From NCBI GenBank assembly GCA_031408575.1, contig JANNWS010000170.1:718-64717 (forward strand): a stretch of DNA of 64,000 bases, in the 5' to 3' direction. This document shows positions 29,813 to 39,650 of this stretch, piece after piece. Source of the DNA: Rhodobacterales bacterium (GTDB lineage: Bacteria; Pseudomonadota; Alphaproteobacteria; Rhodobacterales; Rhodobacteraceae). How positions within the stretch are numbered: position 1 is the stretch's first letter; each line of letters starts with the position of its first letter. Position numbers and translations under genes: made by a program. The notes under the pieces are model-generated. The model had not been told where the DNA came from and searched no databases. It saw only the letters and a program-made list of their open reading frames with translations.

Positions 29813-30406
29813 TCAGCGCGCGCGGCGCAGGTAGACATAGAACGCTCCGCTGCCGCCGTGGCGCAGGTGCGCCTCGGCGACCTGCAGCACGGCAAGGCCA
29901 AGCGGCGGCTGGTGCAACCAAAGTGGCACCTGATGTTTCAGTACGCCATGCCGCTGCGGGATAGGTCCGTCATCACCACTGCGGCGCCCCTTGCCGGTGA
30001 TGACGAGAACCAGACGCAGCGCTTGCGCCTGTGCATTGAGGATAAAACCGGTCAGTTCCGGCAGTGCTTCTGCGAGTGTCAGGCCGTGCAGATCAATCCG
30101 CGCTTCTGGGGCCAGCTTTCCGCGCGACATGCGGGCAAATGCCTTGGCATCCATGCGGGGGGGTGCCGGCGACATGGGTGAGGAAAGGTCGGGAAGTGCG
30201 GCCTGTCGCGCCGATGCGCGGGAGGCCTCGCCGATCCGGAACCAGGGCAACGCGGCTGGTGGTTGCTTCGGCTTTTCCTGTGGCAGACTGGCGGGTAATT
30301 CGAGGCTTCGGGGTCGTGCTTTTTGGGGGTGCATCGGCTGGGCCGTGCGCGCGACAGATTGCCAGAGGTCTTCCTCTTCTGGCCGCAAGTGTCGGCGACG
30401 CGACAT
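29813..30406 (-). CDS. Smr/MutS2-like domain protein
   Basis: 197 aa. C-terminal Smr domain IDLHGLTLAEA...LVLVITGKG...GVLKHQVPLWL. Confidence 0.8.
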   Translation of the reverse strand: MSRRRHLRPEEEDLWQSVARTAQPMHPQKARPRSLELPASLPQEKPKQPPAALPWFRIGEASRASARQAALPDLSSPMSPAPPRMDAKAFARMSRGKLAPEARIDLHGLTLAEALPELTGFILNAQAQALRLVLVITGKGRRSGDDGPIPQRHGVLKHQVPLWLHQPPLGLAVLQVAEAHLRHGGSGAFYVYLRRAR

Positions 30407-30411
30407 TGCCG

Positions 30412-31446
30412 TCAGCCGTCCGACAGCATCGCAAAAGCGCGTTCGATCGGCATCAGGACTATCATCCGGCCGCCATCCTTGACCTGTCCTGCAAGGCGTC
30501 CGGCCTCGGCGCCGGTACCGAAAAAGATATCCGCCCTCTGCGCCCCCTTGATTGCGCCGCCGGTGTCCTGCGCGATCATCAAGCGGCGCAACGGACCTGC
30601 CCCGTTTTTCTCTACCCAGACGGGGGCGCCCAATGCCACGAAGGCCGGGTCGACTGCGATCGAGCGCATGGTGGTGATTGAGCGGCCCATCGCGCCGATC
30701 GGACCTTTTTCAGGATCGAGATCGGCGATCTTGCGGAAAAACACAAATGACGGGTTTGTATTCAGCAGGGCCCGCCCCTCGGCGGGATAGCGGCGAACCC
30801 AATCCTGAATCACCGAGGCCGAGACCTCGCTTGCTTCAAACACGCCACGCCGGATCAGTTCCTGACCGATGGAGCGGTAGGGCTGGTTGTTCTTGCCGGC
30901 ATAGCCCACGCGAATGACTTCGCCATCGGGCATCCGAATGCGACCCGATCCCTGAATCTGAAGAAAATAGACTTCGACAGGGTCTTCGAGCCAGGTAAGT
31001 TCCAACCCCCGCCCGCGCAGCCGCCCCGCGCTATCGATGTCGGCGCGAGAGTACCACGGCGCGTCGGCGGCCATTTCGGGCGGCCTGCGATACAGCGGAT
31101 AGGCAAACCGCGGCGTACGCACGGGCGATCCGCGCAATTCAGGCTCATAATACCCGGTGAAAAGAGCAGGCGGCGTGCCGATCAGAACGGGGCGGAAGAA
31201 CATCTCGAAAAAGCTGCGCGCGCCGGTTGGCGCCGTGTCGCGCGCGAATGCGCAGATCGGGGTCCACTCCGGATCATCCAGTTGATCACAAGTCTGCACG
31301 AAAACCGAAAGGGCGGCCGCGTGGTTGTCGGCCGCCCAGTCTTCAAGATCGTCGAACCCAAGTATGTCAGCGGTTGCTGGCGCTGTGGCCGTCATTGCAA
31401 TGATTGCAAACAGCAGAGCGCGCAGCATATGCGAACCGGCGCGCAT
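30412..31446 (-). CDS. mltA: Membrane-bound lytic murein transglycosylase A
   Basis: MltA domain (FTGYYEPELRGS, YFLQIQGSGRIRMPDG, YAGKNNQPYRSIG) and 3D domain (IAQDTGGAIKGAQRADIFFGTG). Start is ambiguous (ATG 31446 or 31428); the track start 31476 overlaps the Tim44-like gene. Confidence 0.88.
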   Translation of the reverse strand: MRAGSHMLRALLFAIIAMTATAPATADILGFDDLEDWAADNHAAALSVFVQTCDQLDDPEWTPICAFARDTAPTGARSFFEMFFRPVLIGTPPALFTGYYEPELRGSPVRTPRFAYPLYRRPPEMAADAPWYSRADIDSAGRLRGRGLELTWLEDPVEVYFLQIQGSGRIRMPDGEVIRVGYAGKNNQPYRSIGQELIRRGVFEASEVSASVIQDWVRRYPAEGRALLNTNPSFVFFRKIADLDPEKGPIGAMGRSITTMRSIAVDPAFVALGAPVWVEKNGAGPLRRLMIAQDTGGAIKGAQRADIFFGTGAEAGRLAGQVKDGGRMIVLMPIERAFAMLSDG

Positions 31447-31456
31447 CGGGCGGCCG

Positions 31457-32119
31457 TCATTCGCCCGTTGCGACAAGCTGCCAGTTGGGATCGTCTACCC
31501 CCATCCGGCGCGCGAATGTCCAGACGTCGCGCTGGCGCTTTATTGCGGTGGCGTTGCCTTCGACAATCTCACCCGCCTTGTTGCGTACGACAGACGTCAG
31601 CTCGCCCACAAAGCGGACAGAAATCTCGCCCTCGCGGGTCGTGCTGTCAAACTTCGCTTCCTGCAATCCAAGCTCGCGCAACCCGACGAAATGCGACTCG
31701 ATTGTCAGCCCTTCACGTTCGCGCGCCTCGACCACTTCGGCGAATGTCGCATAGACATCGTCACCAAGAAACGCGCGGATCGACGCGAGGTCACCTTTTT
31801 CAAAGGCCATCAGAATCATCTCGTAAGCGCCGCGCGCACCGGCGAGGAATTCGCTGACGGAAAAGCTTGGCTCGGCCTGCTTGATCTCGGCCAACCCCTT
31901 GGCGGCAGCACTGCCGTCGGCGACATGATCGACGATATCGCGATCCGGCCCGCCGTCGATCACCTCGAAGTCACGCCGAGCAGCGCGGGGGGTCGCATCT
32001 TCAACGGGGGTTGCGGGCTTCTCAAACCCCTCGCGCGTTCCGAGAACAGAACGCAGCTTCAGGATCAGGAAGACGGCAACACCTGCCAGTACCAGTAGTT
32101 GAATCACGGAAGAACTCAT
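31457..32119 (-). CDS. Tim44-like domain protein
   Basis: 220 aa. N-terminal TM VIQLLVLAGVAVFLILKL, then a Tim44-like C-terminal domain (FLAGARGAYEMILMAFEKGD...WTFAR). Confidence 0.8.
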   Translation of the reverse strand: MSSSVIQLLVLAGVAVFLILKLRSVLGTREGFEKPATPVEDATPRAARRDFEVIDGGPDRDIVDHVADGSAAAKGLAEIKQAEPSFSVSEFLAGARGAYEMILMAFEKGDLASIRAFLGDDVYATFAEVVEAREREGLTIESHFVGLRELGLQEAKFDSTTREGEISVRFVGELTSVVRNKAGEIVEGNATAIKRQRDVWTFARRMGVDDPNWQLVATGE

Positions 32120-32230
32120 CTTGAACCTCGGAACGGGCGGTCACCGGGTTGTTAACCTGCCACCTTGCGCCCTATGTAGGTCAGAGGGACACACAAGTCT
32201 ACCGCTGCGCCCGGAAAGAGAGATGATGTG

Positions 32231-32740
32231 ATGTGGCTATTCGCCCTGATCCTCGGCCTGCCTCTGGTCGAAATCTCACTATTTGTGACGTTGGGAGCGT
32301 GGCTCGGGCTTTGGCTGACGCTGGCCGTCGTGATCGGAACAGCGCTTTTGGGTATCTGGCTGATCCGCAGGCAGGGCGCGCGCGCGCGAAGCGATCTGCA
32401 GGCCGCCGTTATGGCCCGCCGGAACCCAGCGCGGGTTCTGGCGGGTGATGCCCTGGTGGTTGTGGCGGGAGTGCTGTTGATACTGCCGGGGTTTCTGACC
32501 GATTTCGGCGGCCTGATGTTGTTGCTTCCGCCGATCCAGAGGTTGATTACGGCCGCTGTCGCGCGGCGCGCGCGCGACAAGGTCGGTTCGCATCTTCAGA
32601 CCCGCGCCTGGGAAAAAGCGGCCTCGATGGCGACGTCGGCACGGCGCCCGACAGATCAGCGGACCGAGGCCATCGACGGCACGTGGGAAGAACTTCCCGA
32701 AGACGACTCTCGCCCGCCCTCGGGCTGGACGCGGCATTGA
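32231..32740 (+). CDS. fxsA: FxsA family membrane protein
   Basis: MWLFALILGLPLVEISLFVTLGAWLGLW...LLILPGFLTDFGGLMLLLPPI, the characteristic FxsA pattern. ATG 32231 is preferred to the GTG at 32228. Confidence 0.85.
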   Translation: MWLFALILGLPLVEISLFVTLGAWLGLWLTLAVVIGTALLGIWLIRRQGARARSDLQAAVMARRNPARVLAGDALVVVAGVLLILPGFLTDFGGLMLLLPPIQRLITAAVARRARDKVGSHLQTRAWEKAASMATSARRPTDQRTEAIDGTWEELPEDDSRPPSGWTRH

Positions 32741-32797
32741 GGCAAATCGCGCGACCTGCTAAAGACGCGTCAGCCCAATTCAAAGCAGGAGATCCCG

Positions 32798-33301
32798 ATG
32801 ACTGAAGCCAATGGAAGCGCCGCCCCCGCAGCACCTGCGCAGGTCAAAATGCAGGTGTTGGCGCAGTTCATCCGAGACATGTCGTTCGAAAACGTTGTCG
32901 CTCAGAAAGGACTGCAGGGCGGCGAAGTACAGCCCGATGTTCAGGTTCAGGTCAGCCTGGATGCCCGCAAGCGCCCGCAAGACAACCAGTTCGAAGTGGT
33001 TACCAAGTTCCGCGTCACCTCAAAGAACAAAGCCAGCGGCGACACGCTGTTTCTGCTCGAGTTGGATTATGGCGGGATCTTTCTGGTCGAGGGCATTGCC
33101 GATGATCAGCTCCACCCCTTCCTTCTGATCGAATGCCCGCGCCTGTTGTTTCCCTTTGTTCGTCGCATCATCTCGGACGTGACGCGGGACGGGGGATTTC
33201 CAGCGCTGAACGTGGATACGGTCGACTTTCTGGCACTGTACCGCCAGGAACTTGGACGCCGGGCCGAAGCACAGAAACCTGCGCAACCCATGGTGTCCTG
33301 A
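32798..33301 (+). CDS. secB: Protein-export chaperone SecB
   Basis: 167 aa. ...QVLAQFIRDMSFENV...LLIECPRLLFPFVRRIISDVTRDGGFP. Confidence 0.93.
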   Translation: MTEANGSAAPAAPAQVKMQVLAQFIRDMSFENVVAQKGLQGGEVQPDVQVQVSLDARKRPQDNQFEVVTKFRVTSKNKASGDTLFLLELDYGGIFLVEGIADDQLHPFLLIECPRLLFPFVRRIISDVTRDGGFPALNVDTVDFLALYRQELGRRAEAQKPAQPMVS

Positions 33302-33306
33302 CCGGC

Positions 33307-33999
33307 TCAGGCGCGCTTTTTCCAGATTGCCGTGTCGCCCAGCGCCGCGACGAAAGTGGTGTGAGCCACCGCTTCGGTGTCGGTCAGCAGCGGCGGCAGC
33401 GGGTTAGGGCGCGGGCGCGGTCTCCAGTGACCTGATGTGGCATTTTCGGCGCGGGCGCGGACTTGCGGCGCAAGTACCAGGTCAGGTTGCCGCCCACCCA
33501 CAAGCTCGAGATATACCTCGGCCAGAATTTCGCTGTCGAGCAGTGCGCCGTGCTTTTCACGCGCAGAATTGTCGATGCCAAACCTGCGGCACAGGGCATC
33601 CAGTGACGCAGGAGATCCGGGAAACCTTTGCCGCGCGATCATCAGCGTGTCGAGTGCCCGGTCTGCACCCAACAACGGCAACCCGGCTGCCGCAAGTTCG
33701 GCGTTCAGGAATTTCATATCGAAAGGGGCGTTGTGGATGACCAGCCGTGCATCGGTCACAAAATCAAGGAAAGCCCGACCGACCGCTTTGAACTCCGGCT
33801 TGTCACGCAGGAAATCATCGCCCAGACCGTGCACATCCTGCGCCTCTTTCGGCATCGCGCGCTGGGGGTTGATGTACTGGTGGTAGGTCCGCCCTGTCGG
33901 CATGTGGTTGAACAGTTCGACCGCGCCAATTTCGACGATGCGGTGCCCGTCGTTAGGATCAAGACCGGTGGTTTCGGTATCCAACACGATCTCACGCAT
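33307..33999 (-). CDS. dnaQ: DNA polymerase III subunit epsilon
   Basis: [15 protein letters not shown] (ExoI), [12 protein letters not shown] (ExoII), [14 protein letters not shown] (ExoIII). Confidence 0.95.
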   Translation of the reverse strand: MREIVLDTETTGLDPNDGHRIVEIGAVELFNHMPTGRTYHQYINPQRAMPKEAQDVHGLGDDFLRDKPEFKAVGRAFLDFVTDARLVIHNAPFDMKFLNAELAAAGLPLLGADRALDTLMIARQRFPGSPASLDALCRRFGIDNSAREKHGALLDSEILAEVYLELVGGRQPDLVLAPQVRARAENATSGHWRPRPRPNPLPPLLTDTEAVAHTTFVAALGDTAIWKKRA

Positions 34000-34585
34000 C
34001 TTTTGTTTCCCGGATATAGGCGATCAGCGCCGTCACGCAGGCGCGTGAGGCCTCAAGGCTCAGTGTTTCGATCAGATGGGTTGCGCGCGCCCGTTTCTGG
34101 CTGTCGGGCATTTGTCGGGCAAGAATAGTGTCGAAAAGCGTCTCGTTCATGCCGGTGCGCGCCAGTACACGGGCGCGCTGCAAAGCGGCGGGTGCGGTGA
34201 CGACAAGGCTGGCATCCAGTTGCGTCTCGGCCCCTGTCTCGAACAGCAGCGGAATGTCGAGCACGGCAATATCGGCAGTGGTGTCGGCGATGAATGTCGC
34301 CCTGTCGGCCGCGACGAGCGGGTGCACGACCGTCTCGATCTGCAACAGGGCGGCAGGATCGTGCGCGATCCAGCTCTTGAGCGCATCCCGGCTGATACCA
34401 CCGTCACGCAAGGCAGCGGGGTGCAGGGCAACCAGAGCAGGTACCGCCGCGCCATTTGGAGCGTAAAGGCGGCGTATCACCTTGTCCGCATCCCAGACAG
34501 GTATGCCCTGCGCGGCGAACATTGCCGCAGTCGTTGATTTTCCCATTCCGATGGAGCCGGTCAGGCCCAGACGAAACGGCGTCAT
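33992..34585 (-). CDS. coaE: Dephospho-CoA kinase
   Basis: Trimmed to ATG 34585, an ATGA overlap with the aroE stop. [14 protein letters not shown]-loop. 8-nt overlap with the dnaQ start. Confidence 0.92.
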   Translation of the reverse strand: MTPFRLGLTGSIGMGKSTTAAMFAAQGIPVWDADKVIRRLYAPNGAAVPALVALHPAALRDGGISRDALKSWIAHDPAALLQIETVVHPLVAADRATFIADTTADIAVLDIPLLFETGAETQLDASLVVTAPAALQRARVLARTGMNETLFDTILARQMPDSQKRARATHLIETLSLEASRACVTALIAYIRETKDA

Positions 34586-35421
34586 GCCGCGAGTACCGCG
34601 GCGCGGGTGGCGACATCGACCTCTGGCCGGGTTCCAAACCACCGCTCAAAGCCCGGGGCCGCCTGATGCAGCAACATGCCAAGACCATCGACCACGGTGC
34701 ACCCCGCTTGCGCCGCCTGATCAAGCAACGTCGTCTGCAGGGGGGCGTAAACAAGATCAGTTACAAGCGCGCGCGGGTTCAGCGCATCAAGCGGCACGCG
34801 AAACTCTGGCTTCCCGGTCATACCGAGTGCCGTCGTGTTCACTACTGTCACCGCATCATCCAGCAGATTTCCCGCCTGCACCCAGTCATGCACATGGACC
34901 TTGGCGCCAAAGTCTGACCGCAGCGCTTCGGCGCGGGCACGGGTACGGTTGGCCAGCCTGATTTCCGGCACGCCAACCTCTATGAGGGCCGCGATGACAG
35001 CACGGGCGGCGCCCCCGGCACCGAAAACGACTGCAGGGCCGGAGGCGGGCGCCCAATGCGGTGCTTCTTGCCGCAGATTTGCAATGAAGCCAGAGCCATC
35101 GGTATTATCGGCGAACACCTTACCATCCTTTCGGAAGATAAGGGTATTTGCGGCCCCGATCAGGGCTGCACGGTCGGTCACGATATCAGCGAGGGCGAGG
35201 ACGGTTTCCTTGTGCGGAATTGTCACGTTCAGGCCGACGAACCCCAATTTCGGCAGCGTTTCCAGCACGGTTTTCAGGTCGGCCTGAGTCACATCCATCG
35301 GAATGTAGTGACCCTGGATGCCGTAGCGGCGCAGCCAGTATCCATGAAGCACCGGCGATTTGCTATGTGCAATCGGCGACCCGATCACACCCGCCAGAGG
35401 AATTCGGACAAGGTCTGTCAT
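34582..35421 (-). CDS. aroE: Shikimate dehydrogenase
   Basis: 279 aa. [42 protein letters not shown]. Confidence 0.94.
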   Translation of the reverse strand: MTDLVRIPLAGVIGSPIAHSKSPVLHGYWLRRYGIQGHYIPMDVTQADLKTVLETLPKLGFVGLNVTIPHKETVLALADIVTDRAALIGAANTLIFRKDGKVFADNTDGSGFIANLRQEAPHWAPASGPAVVFGAGGAARAVIAALIEVGVPEIRLANRTRARAEALRSDFGAKVHVHDWVQAGNLLDDAVTVVNTTALGMTGKPEFRVPLDALNPRALVTDLVYAPLQTTLLDQAAQAGCTVVDGLGMLLHQAAPGFERWFGTRPEVDVATRAAVLAA

Positions 35422-36017
35422 GTTGTGATGATACCGCGGTCGGCGAGGTAGCCAAGCAAAGGCAAAAGTGGCAAGCCGAGAACGCTGAAATAGTCGCCGT
35501 CGACGCGCCGGAACAACCGTGCTCCCTCTTGCTCGATCCGGTACAGGCCCACACTGTCACGCACGCCCTCCCAGTTGCGAGCGAGATAGCCCTCCAGCCA
35601 GGCATCCGAAAACGTTCGCATAGTCAACCGCACCTCTGCCACATGCCGCCAGACTGGCTTCAGCCCTTCATATATCACGACCGCCGAATACAACATGTGC
35701 GTCTGCCCCCTGAGCGCCCGCAACTGTGACCGGCCTGCATCAAGCGAAGTGGCTTTGCCCCAGGCCTTTCCCTTGAACTCCAGCACCTGATCGCAGCCTA
35801 TGACGATGGCATCGGGATATCGCTCGGCCACCTTGCGGGCCTTCATTTCGGCAAGCGTGTCGGCAACATCACGCGGGCTTGCGCCTTCTGCCTGCAGCGC
35901 GGCGCGGATCGATTCTTCATCAATTCTGGCCGCGTGCTGTGCGACCTCCAGGCCGGTCGCGCGCAACAGGCGCGCCCGGGTATCGGAAGCAGACGCGAGA
36001 ACAAGCGCGCGGGACAT
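35418..36017 (-). CDS. maf: Maf family nucleoside-triphosphate pyrophosphatase
   Basis: 199 aa. [14 protein letters not shown]..., VIGCDQVL..., GLYRIE. Confidence 0.9.
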   Translation of the reverse strand: MSRALVLASASDTRARLLRATGLEVAQHAARIDEESIRAALQAEGASPRDVADTLAEMKARKVAERYPDAIVIGCDQVLEFKGKAWGKATSLDAGRSQLRALRGQTHMLYSAVVIYEGLKPVWRHVAEVRLTMRTFSDAWLEGYLARNWEGVRDSVGLYRIEQEGARLFRRVDGDYFSVLGLPLLPLLGYLADRGIITT

Positions 36018-36055
36018 ATGGGTATCCGGGTTTGTCGTGTTGGACTGATGGGGCT

Positions 36056-36064
36056 TGTGGACAA
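36056..36064 (-). promoter_or_regulatory. DnaA box-like 9-mer, TTGTCCACA (8/9)
   Basis: Plus strand reads tgtggacaa. One mismatch to TTATCCACA. Confidence 0.5.
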
Positions 36065-36158
36065 TCCTGATATGTTCCTGCCCTCAGGGCAAGGACCGGT
36101 GGCCTTGATCCATGAGCAAACAGCGCGGCATCTGCGTTTCAGACCACAGCGTCGTTTG

Positions 36159-36167
36159 TTATCCACG
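36159..36167 (+). promoter_or_regulatory. DnaA box-like 9-mer, TTATCCACG (8/9)
   Basis: Direct read. One mismatch to TTATCCACA. Confidence 0.5.
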
Positions 36168-36341
36168 TCCGGACAAGCTATTCACGCTGGTGTTGAGAAG
36201 ATGTTTCAGTTGGGCAACAAGGAAAATCCATCCACAGGCCGCGTTGACGAAGAAATAGGTAACTTGTTGTTTTTGCTTTAGTGAATGTGAAAAAGGAGGA
36301 GTTTCAAAAAGTTGTGCGCACAATGCTCACAGCGTTGCCGC

Positions 36342-36350
36342 TGTGGATGA
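36342..36350 (-). promoter_or_regulatory. DnaA box-like 9-mer, TCATCCACA (8/9)
   Basis: Plus strand reads tgtggatga. One mismatch to TTATCCACA. Confidence 0.5.
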
Positions 36351-36455
36351 TCCTTGGGACAAGACAGGCTATTCCGATATCCTCAGTCCCTACAACATCA
36401 ATTCCTTTAAGACTCTTTTCTAGATAGAAGAAAGCAGAGAGCAGGAGAGACCCGG

Positions 36456-36905
36456 ATGATTGAGGGACTGGCCGCGATTTACCCTTGGGTGAAGGCCTTT
36501 CATGTGATGGCGGTGATCGCCTGGATGGCCGGGTTGTTCTATTTGCCGCGTCTGTTCGTCTATCATGCCGAACGAGGTGGATCGTCTGCCGAGCTGGACG
36601 CGCTGTTTCAAACGATGGAACTTAAATTGTTCCGGGTGATCATGGGCCCGGCGATGATCGTCACCTGGATACTGGGTCTGGCACTGGTGATGACGCCGGG
36701 CATTGTTGATTGGTCCATGGTCTGGCCCTGGACAAAGGCGGCCGCGGTATTGGCGATGACTTGGTTTCATCATTGGCTGGGGCAGCAGCGCAAGAATTTT
36801 GCAGCTGGGCAGAACCGGCTTGGCGGTCGGCGCTACCGGATGATGAATGAGGTTCCGACAGTTCTGATGCTGGTGATCGTGGTGTCGGTGATCGTGCGGT
36901 TCTGA
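36456..36905 (+). CDS. hemJ: Protoporphyrinogen IX oxidase HemJ
   Basis: 149 aa after an AGGAGAG SD. YPWVKAFHVMAVIAWMAGLFYLPRLFVYH...KAAAVLAMTWFHHWLG; UPF0093/HemJ pattern with conserved His. Confidence 0.88.
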   Translation: MIEGLAAIYPWVKAFHVMAVIAWMAGLFYLPRLFVYHAERGGSSAELDALFQTMELKLFRVIMGPAMIVTWILGLALVMTPGIVDWSMVWPWTKAAAVLAMTWFHHWLGQQRKNFAAGQNRLGGRRYRMMNEVPTVLMLVIVVSVIVRF

Positions 36906-36948
36906 TACGTTGACTTTGGCGGGCATGACGCTTATCGGAAGATCAGCA

Positions 36949-36979
36949 GGGCCGTCCGGCCCATGCGTTTCCCCTTTTT
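36949..36979 (+). terminator. Weak hairpin plus T-tract in the hemJ-rho spacer (hemJ terminator or rho leader attenuator)
   Basis: GGGCC-GTCC-GGCCC (36949-36962), followed by ATGCGTTTCCCCTTTTTG. Short stem with an interrupted T-run. Confidence 0.3.
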
Positions 36980-37030
36980 GACGGCCAATTCTCCGATATG
37001 GGGCTGTTCCGTCCACACGAGCCTTATCCC

Positions 37031-38302
37031 ATGACCAATGAACGTCTCAATCTGTCCGATCTCAAGGCAAAAACACCGGCGGATCTGCTGTCGATGGCTG
37101 AGGAGTGGGAAATCGAGAATGCGCCATCGATGCGCAAGGGCGAGATGATGTTCTCGATCCTGAAGGAACATGCCGAGGAAGGCTGGGAAATCGGCGGTGA
37201 TGGCGTCTTGGAGGTGCTGCAGGACGGATTCGGTTTCTTGCGGTCGAAAGAAGCGAACTACTTGCCGGGACCCGATGACATCTACGTGTCACCCGAAATC
37301 CTGCGTCAGTTTTCGCTGCGGACCGGGGACACCATCGAGGGCGTGATCCAGGCCCCCCGCGATACCGAGCGGTATTTCTGCATGACGATGGTAACGCGGA
37401 TCAACTTCGATGATCCTGAAAAGGCCCGTCACAAGGTACATTTCGACAACCTGACGCCGCTTTATCCCGACGAGCGCTTCAAGATGGAGGTCGAAGACCC
37501 GACAATTCGCGACCGGTCGGCCCGGATCATTGATCTTGTGGCTCCGATTGGCAAAGGCCAGCGCGGGTTGATCGTAGCACCGCCGCGCACGGGTAAGACC
37601 GTGCTGTTGCAGAACATCGCCCACTCAATCGCGATGAATCACCCGGAGTGCTATCTGATCGTTTTGCTGATCGACGAGCGTCCGGAAGAGGTGACGGACA
37701 TGCAGCGGTCGGTGAAGGGCGAAGTCGTCTCATCGACGTTCGACGAGCCAGCAACAAGGCACGTGGCTGTGGCCGAAATGGTGATCGAGAAGGCCAAGCG
37801 GCTGGTCGAGCACAAGCGTGATGTGGTAATTTTACTCGACTCTATCACGCGCCTGGGCCGGGCGTTCAACACGGTTGTGCCGTCGTCCGGCAAGGTCCTG
37901 ACGGGCGGCGTTGATGCCAATGCTCTGCAGCGACCCAAGCGGTTCTTCGGCGCGGCACGCAACATCGAAGAAGGCGGATCACTGACCATCATTGCGACCG
38001 CGCTGATCGACACTGGCAGTCGGATGGACGAAGTAATTTTTGAAGAGTTCAAGGGGACCGGCAACTCCGAGATCGTGCTGGATCGTAAAGTAGCCGACAA
38101 GCGAGTGTTCCCGGCGATGGACATCCTGAAGTCCGGCACGAGAAAAGAAGATTTGCTGGTCGAAAAAGCCGATCTGCAGAAGACCTATGTGCTGCGTCGC
38201 ATCCTTAACCCGATGGGCACGACGGATGCGATCGAGTTCTTGATTTCGAAGCTGAAGCAAACCAAATCCAATGCCGAATTCTTCGAGTCGATGAATACCT
38301 GA
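37031..38302 (+). CDS. rho: Transcription termination factor Rho
   Basis: Trimmed to ATG 37031: [20 protein letters not shown]...; GFGFLR; Walker [15 protein letters not shown]; [10 protein letters not shown]; [24 protein letters not shown]. Confidence 0.97.
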   Translation: MTNERLNLSDLKAKTPADLLSMAEEWEIENAPSMRKGEMMFSILKEHAEEGWEIGGDGVLEVLQDGFGFLRSKEANYLPGPDDIYVSPEILRQFSLRTGDTIEGVIQAPRDTERYFCMTMVTRINFDDPEKARHKVHFDNLTPLYPDERFKMEVEDPTIRDRSARIIDLVAPIGKGQRGLIVAPPRTGKTVLLQNIAHSIAMNHPECYLIVLLIDERPEEVTDMQRSVKGEVVSSTFDEPATRHVAVAEMVIEKAKRLVEHKRDVVILLDSITRLGRAFNTVVPSSGKVLTGGVDANALQRPKRFFGAARNIEEGGSLTIIATALIDTGSRMDEVIFEEFKGTGNSEIVLDRKVADKRVFPAMDILKSGTRKEDLLVEKADLQKTYVLRRILNPMGTTDAIEFLISKLKQTKSNAEFFESMNT

Positions 38303-38347
38303 TCGATCGACTGCTTTGCGCGGAAAACTATCGCGGACTGACGCCTC

Positions 38348-39631
38348 ATGGATACGATTTTTGCCCTCGCGACCGCGCGCGGTAAGGCTGGCGTTGCCAT
38401 CGTGCGCTTGTCGGGGCCTCTGGCTCATGCGGCCGTTGAGACCCTTGCGGGTGCTTTGCCGGAAGTGCGTCGCGCTTCTGTCCGCCGCTTGATGCACGGG
38501 GATGACGTTCTTGATGAGGCATTGATCGTACTGTTTGCCGAGGGGGCGAGCTTTACAGGTGAAACTGCAGCCGAATTGCACCTGCATGGGAGTATGGCGG
38601 TAGTGGCAGCGGTGCTGCGCGCCCTCTCGCAAACTCCTGGCCTTCGTATGGCTGGGGCCGGGGAGTTTACGCGTCGCGCCCTTGAAAACGGCCGTCTGGA
38701 TCTGACACAAGTTGAAGGTCTTGCTGACCTGATCGACGCAGAAACCGAAGCGCAAAGACGGCAAGCCGTGCGTGTGTTGTCTGGGGCAGTCGGGGCGCGC
38801 GCCGAAAGCTGGCGTTTGAAACTGATCCGGGCGGCGGCGCTTTTGGAGGCGACGATCGATTTCGCCGATGAAGAGGTTCCGGTTGATGTTGGACCAGAGG
38901 TGCTGTCGCTCATCGATGGACTGCTGGTGGAACTGAAACATGAAGTTGATGGAGCCTTGATTGCAGAGCGTATACGCGATGGGTTTGAGGTTGCAATACT
39001 GGGCCGACCTAACGTAGGAAAGTCTATGCTTCTCAATGCGTTAGTTGGAAGAGAGGCAGCGATTACCTCAGAAATTGCGGGAACGACGCGGGATGTCATC
39101 GAGGTCAGGGTGGAGCTGGCTGGACTTGCGGTTACGATTCTCGACACGGCAGGTATTCGACCCACTGCTGACATCGTTGAAAGTATCGGCATTACCCGAG
39201 CCGTTACTCGAGCGCGCGCGTCGGATTTGCGGGTCTTCCTGACGGATGAGGATGGGTTGCCGGAAGGAGTGGACTTAGCGCCTGACGATATAATCGTGCG
39301 TGGCAAGGCTGACCTGCCTGGTGCTGGGCCCGGTGTTTCCGGAAAAACGGGAGCGGGGCTGAACGAGTTGATGACGATGATTGGCGATCGGCTTGTCGGC
39401 CGCACGACAGGAGCTGCAACGATTACCCGGGAGCGGCATCGTAGTGCGGCGGCGCGAGCCATTGAGGCTTTGGAATCCGCGCGTCTTGAGGTATCGAAGG
39501 AGAGGGGCCGTAATGAAATAGCCGCTTATGAGATTCGACTAGCAACGCGGGCACTGGACGCGCTGGTGGGCCGCGTCGATGTTGAGGTGCTGCTTGGCGA
39601 GATTTTTGCCAGTTTTTGCATCGGTAAATAG
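38348..39631 (+). CDS. mnmE: tRNA modification GTPase MnmE
   Basis: 427 aa. [23 protein letters not shown]; G1 [14 protein letters not shown]; DTAGIR; C-terminal ...FCIGK (C-I-G-K motif). Confidence 0.96.
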   Translation: MDTIFALATARGKAGVAIVRLSGPLAHAAVETLAGALPEVRRASVRRLMHGDDVLDEALIVLFAEGASFTGETAAELHLHGSMAVVAAVLRALSQTPGLRMAGAGEFTRRALENGRLDLTQVEGLADLIDAETEAQRRQAVRVLSGAVGARAESWRLKLIRAAALLEATIDFADEEVPVDVGPEVLSLIDGLLVELKHEVDGALIAERIRDGFEVAILGRPNVGKSMLLNALVGREAAITSEIAGTTRDVIEVRVELAGLAVTILDTAGIRPTADIVESIGITRAVTRARASDLRVFLTDEDGLPEGVDLAPDDIIVRGKADLPGAGPGVSGKTGAGLNELMTMIGDRLVGRTTGAATITRERHRSAAARAIEALESARLEVSKERGRNEIAAYEIRLATRALDALVGRVDVEVLLGEIFASFCIGK

Positions 39632-39634
39632 GGA

Positions 39635-39650
39635 CGTTTCACGTGAAACA
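39635..39650. promoter_or_regulatory. parS: parS centromere-like site (15/16 to TGTTTCACGTGAAACA)
   Basis: cgtttcacgtgaaaca. 14-bp perfect palindrome at 39636-39649. Fills the mnmE/mnmG junction and contains the mnmG GTG start. Confidence 0.8.

Larger units (their letters stand above)
36018..36455. other. Candidate chromosomal origin of replication (oriC): DnaA-box cluster plus an AT-rich tract
   Basis: 438-bp non-coding spacer between divergent maf(-) and hemJ(+). Three 8/9 DnaA boxes plus weaker ones. 36251-36310 is 18/60 GC. The synteny matches the Caulobacter Cori neighbourhood (maf-aroE-coaE-dnaQ on one side, a heme gene-rho-trmE-gidAB-parAB on the other). Confidence 0.6.

Noticed and set aside
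35934-36281. 115-aa plus-strand ORF crossing the maf start and the candidate origin.
   Set aside because: It overlaps the maf coding sequence in antisense, has no SD and a low-complexity product. The region is better explained as non-coding origin/promoter DNA.
36400-36420. CtrA-type TTAA-N7-TTAA boxes and GANTC methylation sites in the candidate origin. Also TTAA-N7-TAAG at 56149-56163.
   Set aside because: Only half-sites are present (TTAAGACTCTTTTCT), plus a single GACTC at 36410-36414. This is not enough to claim CtrA or CcrM control.
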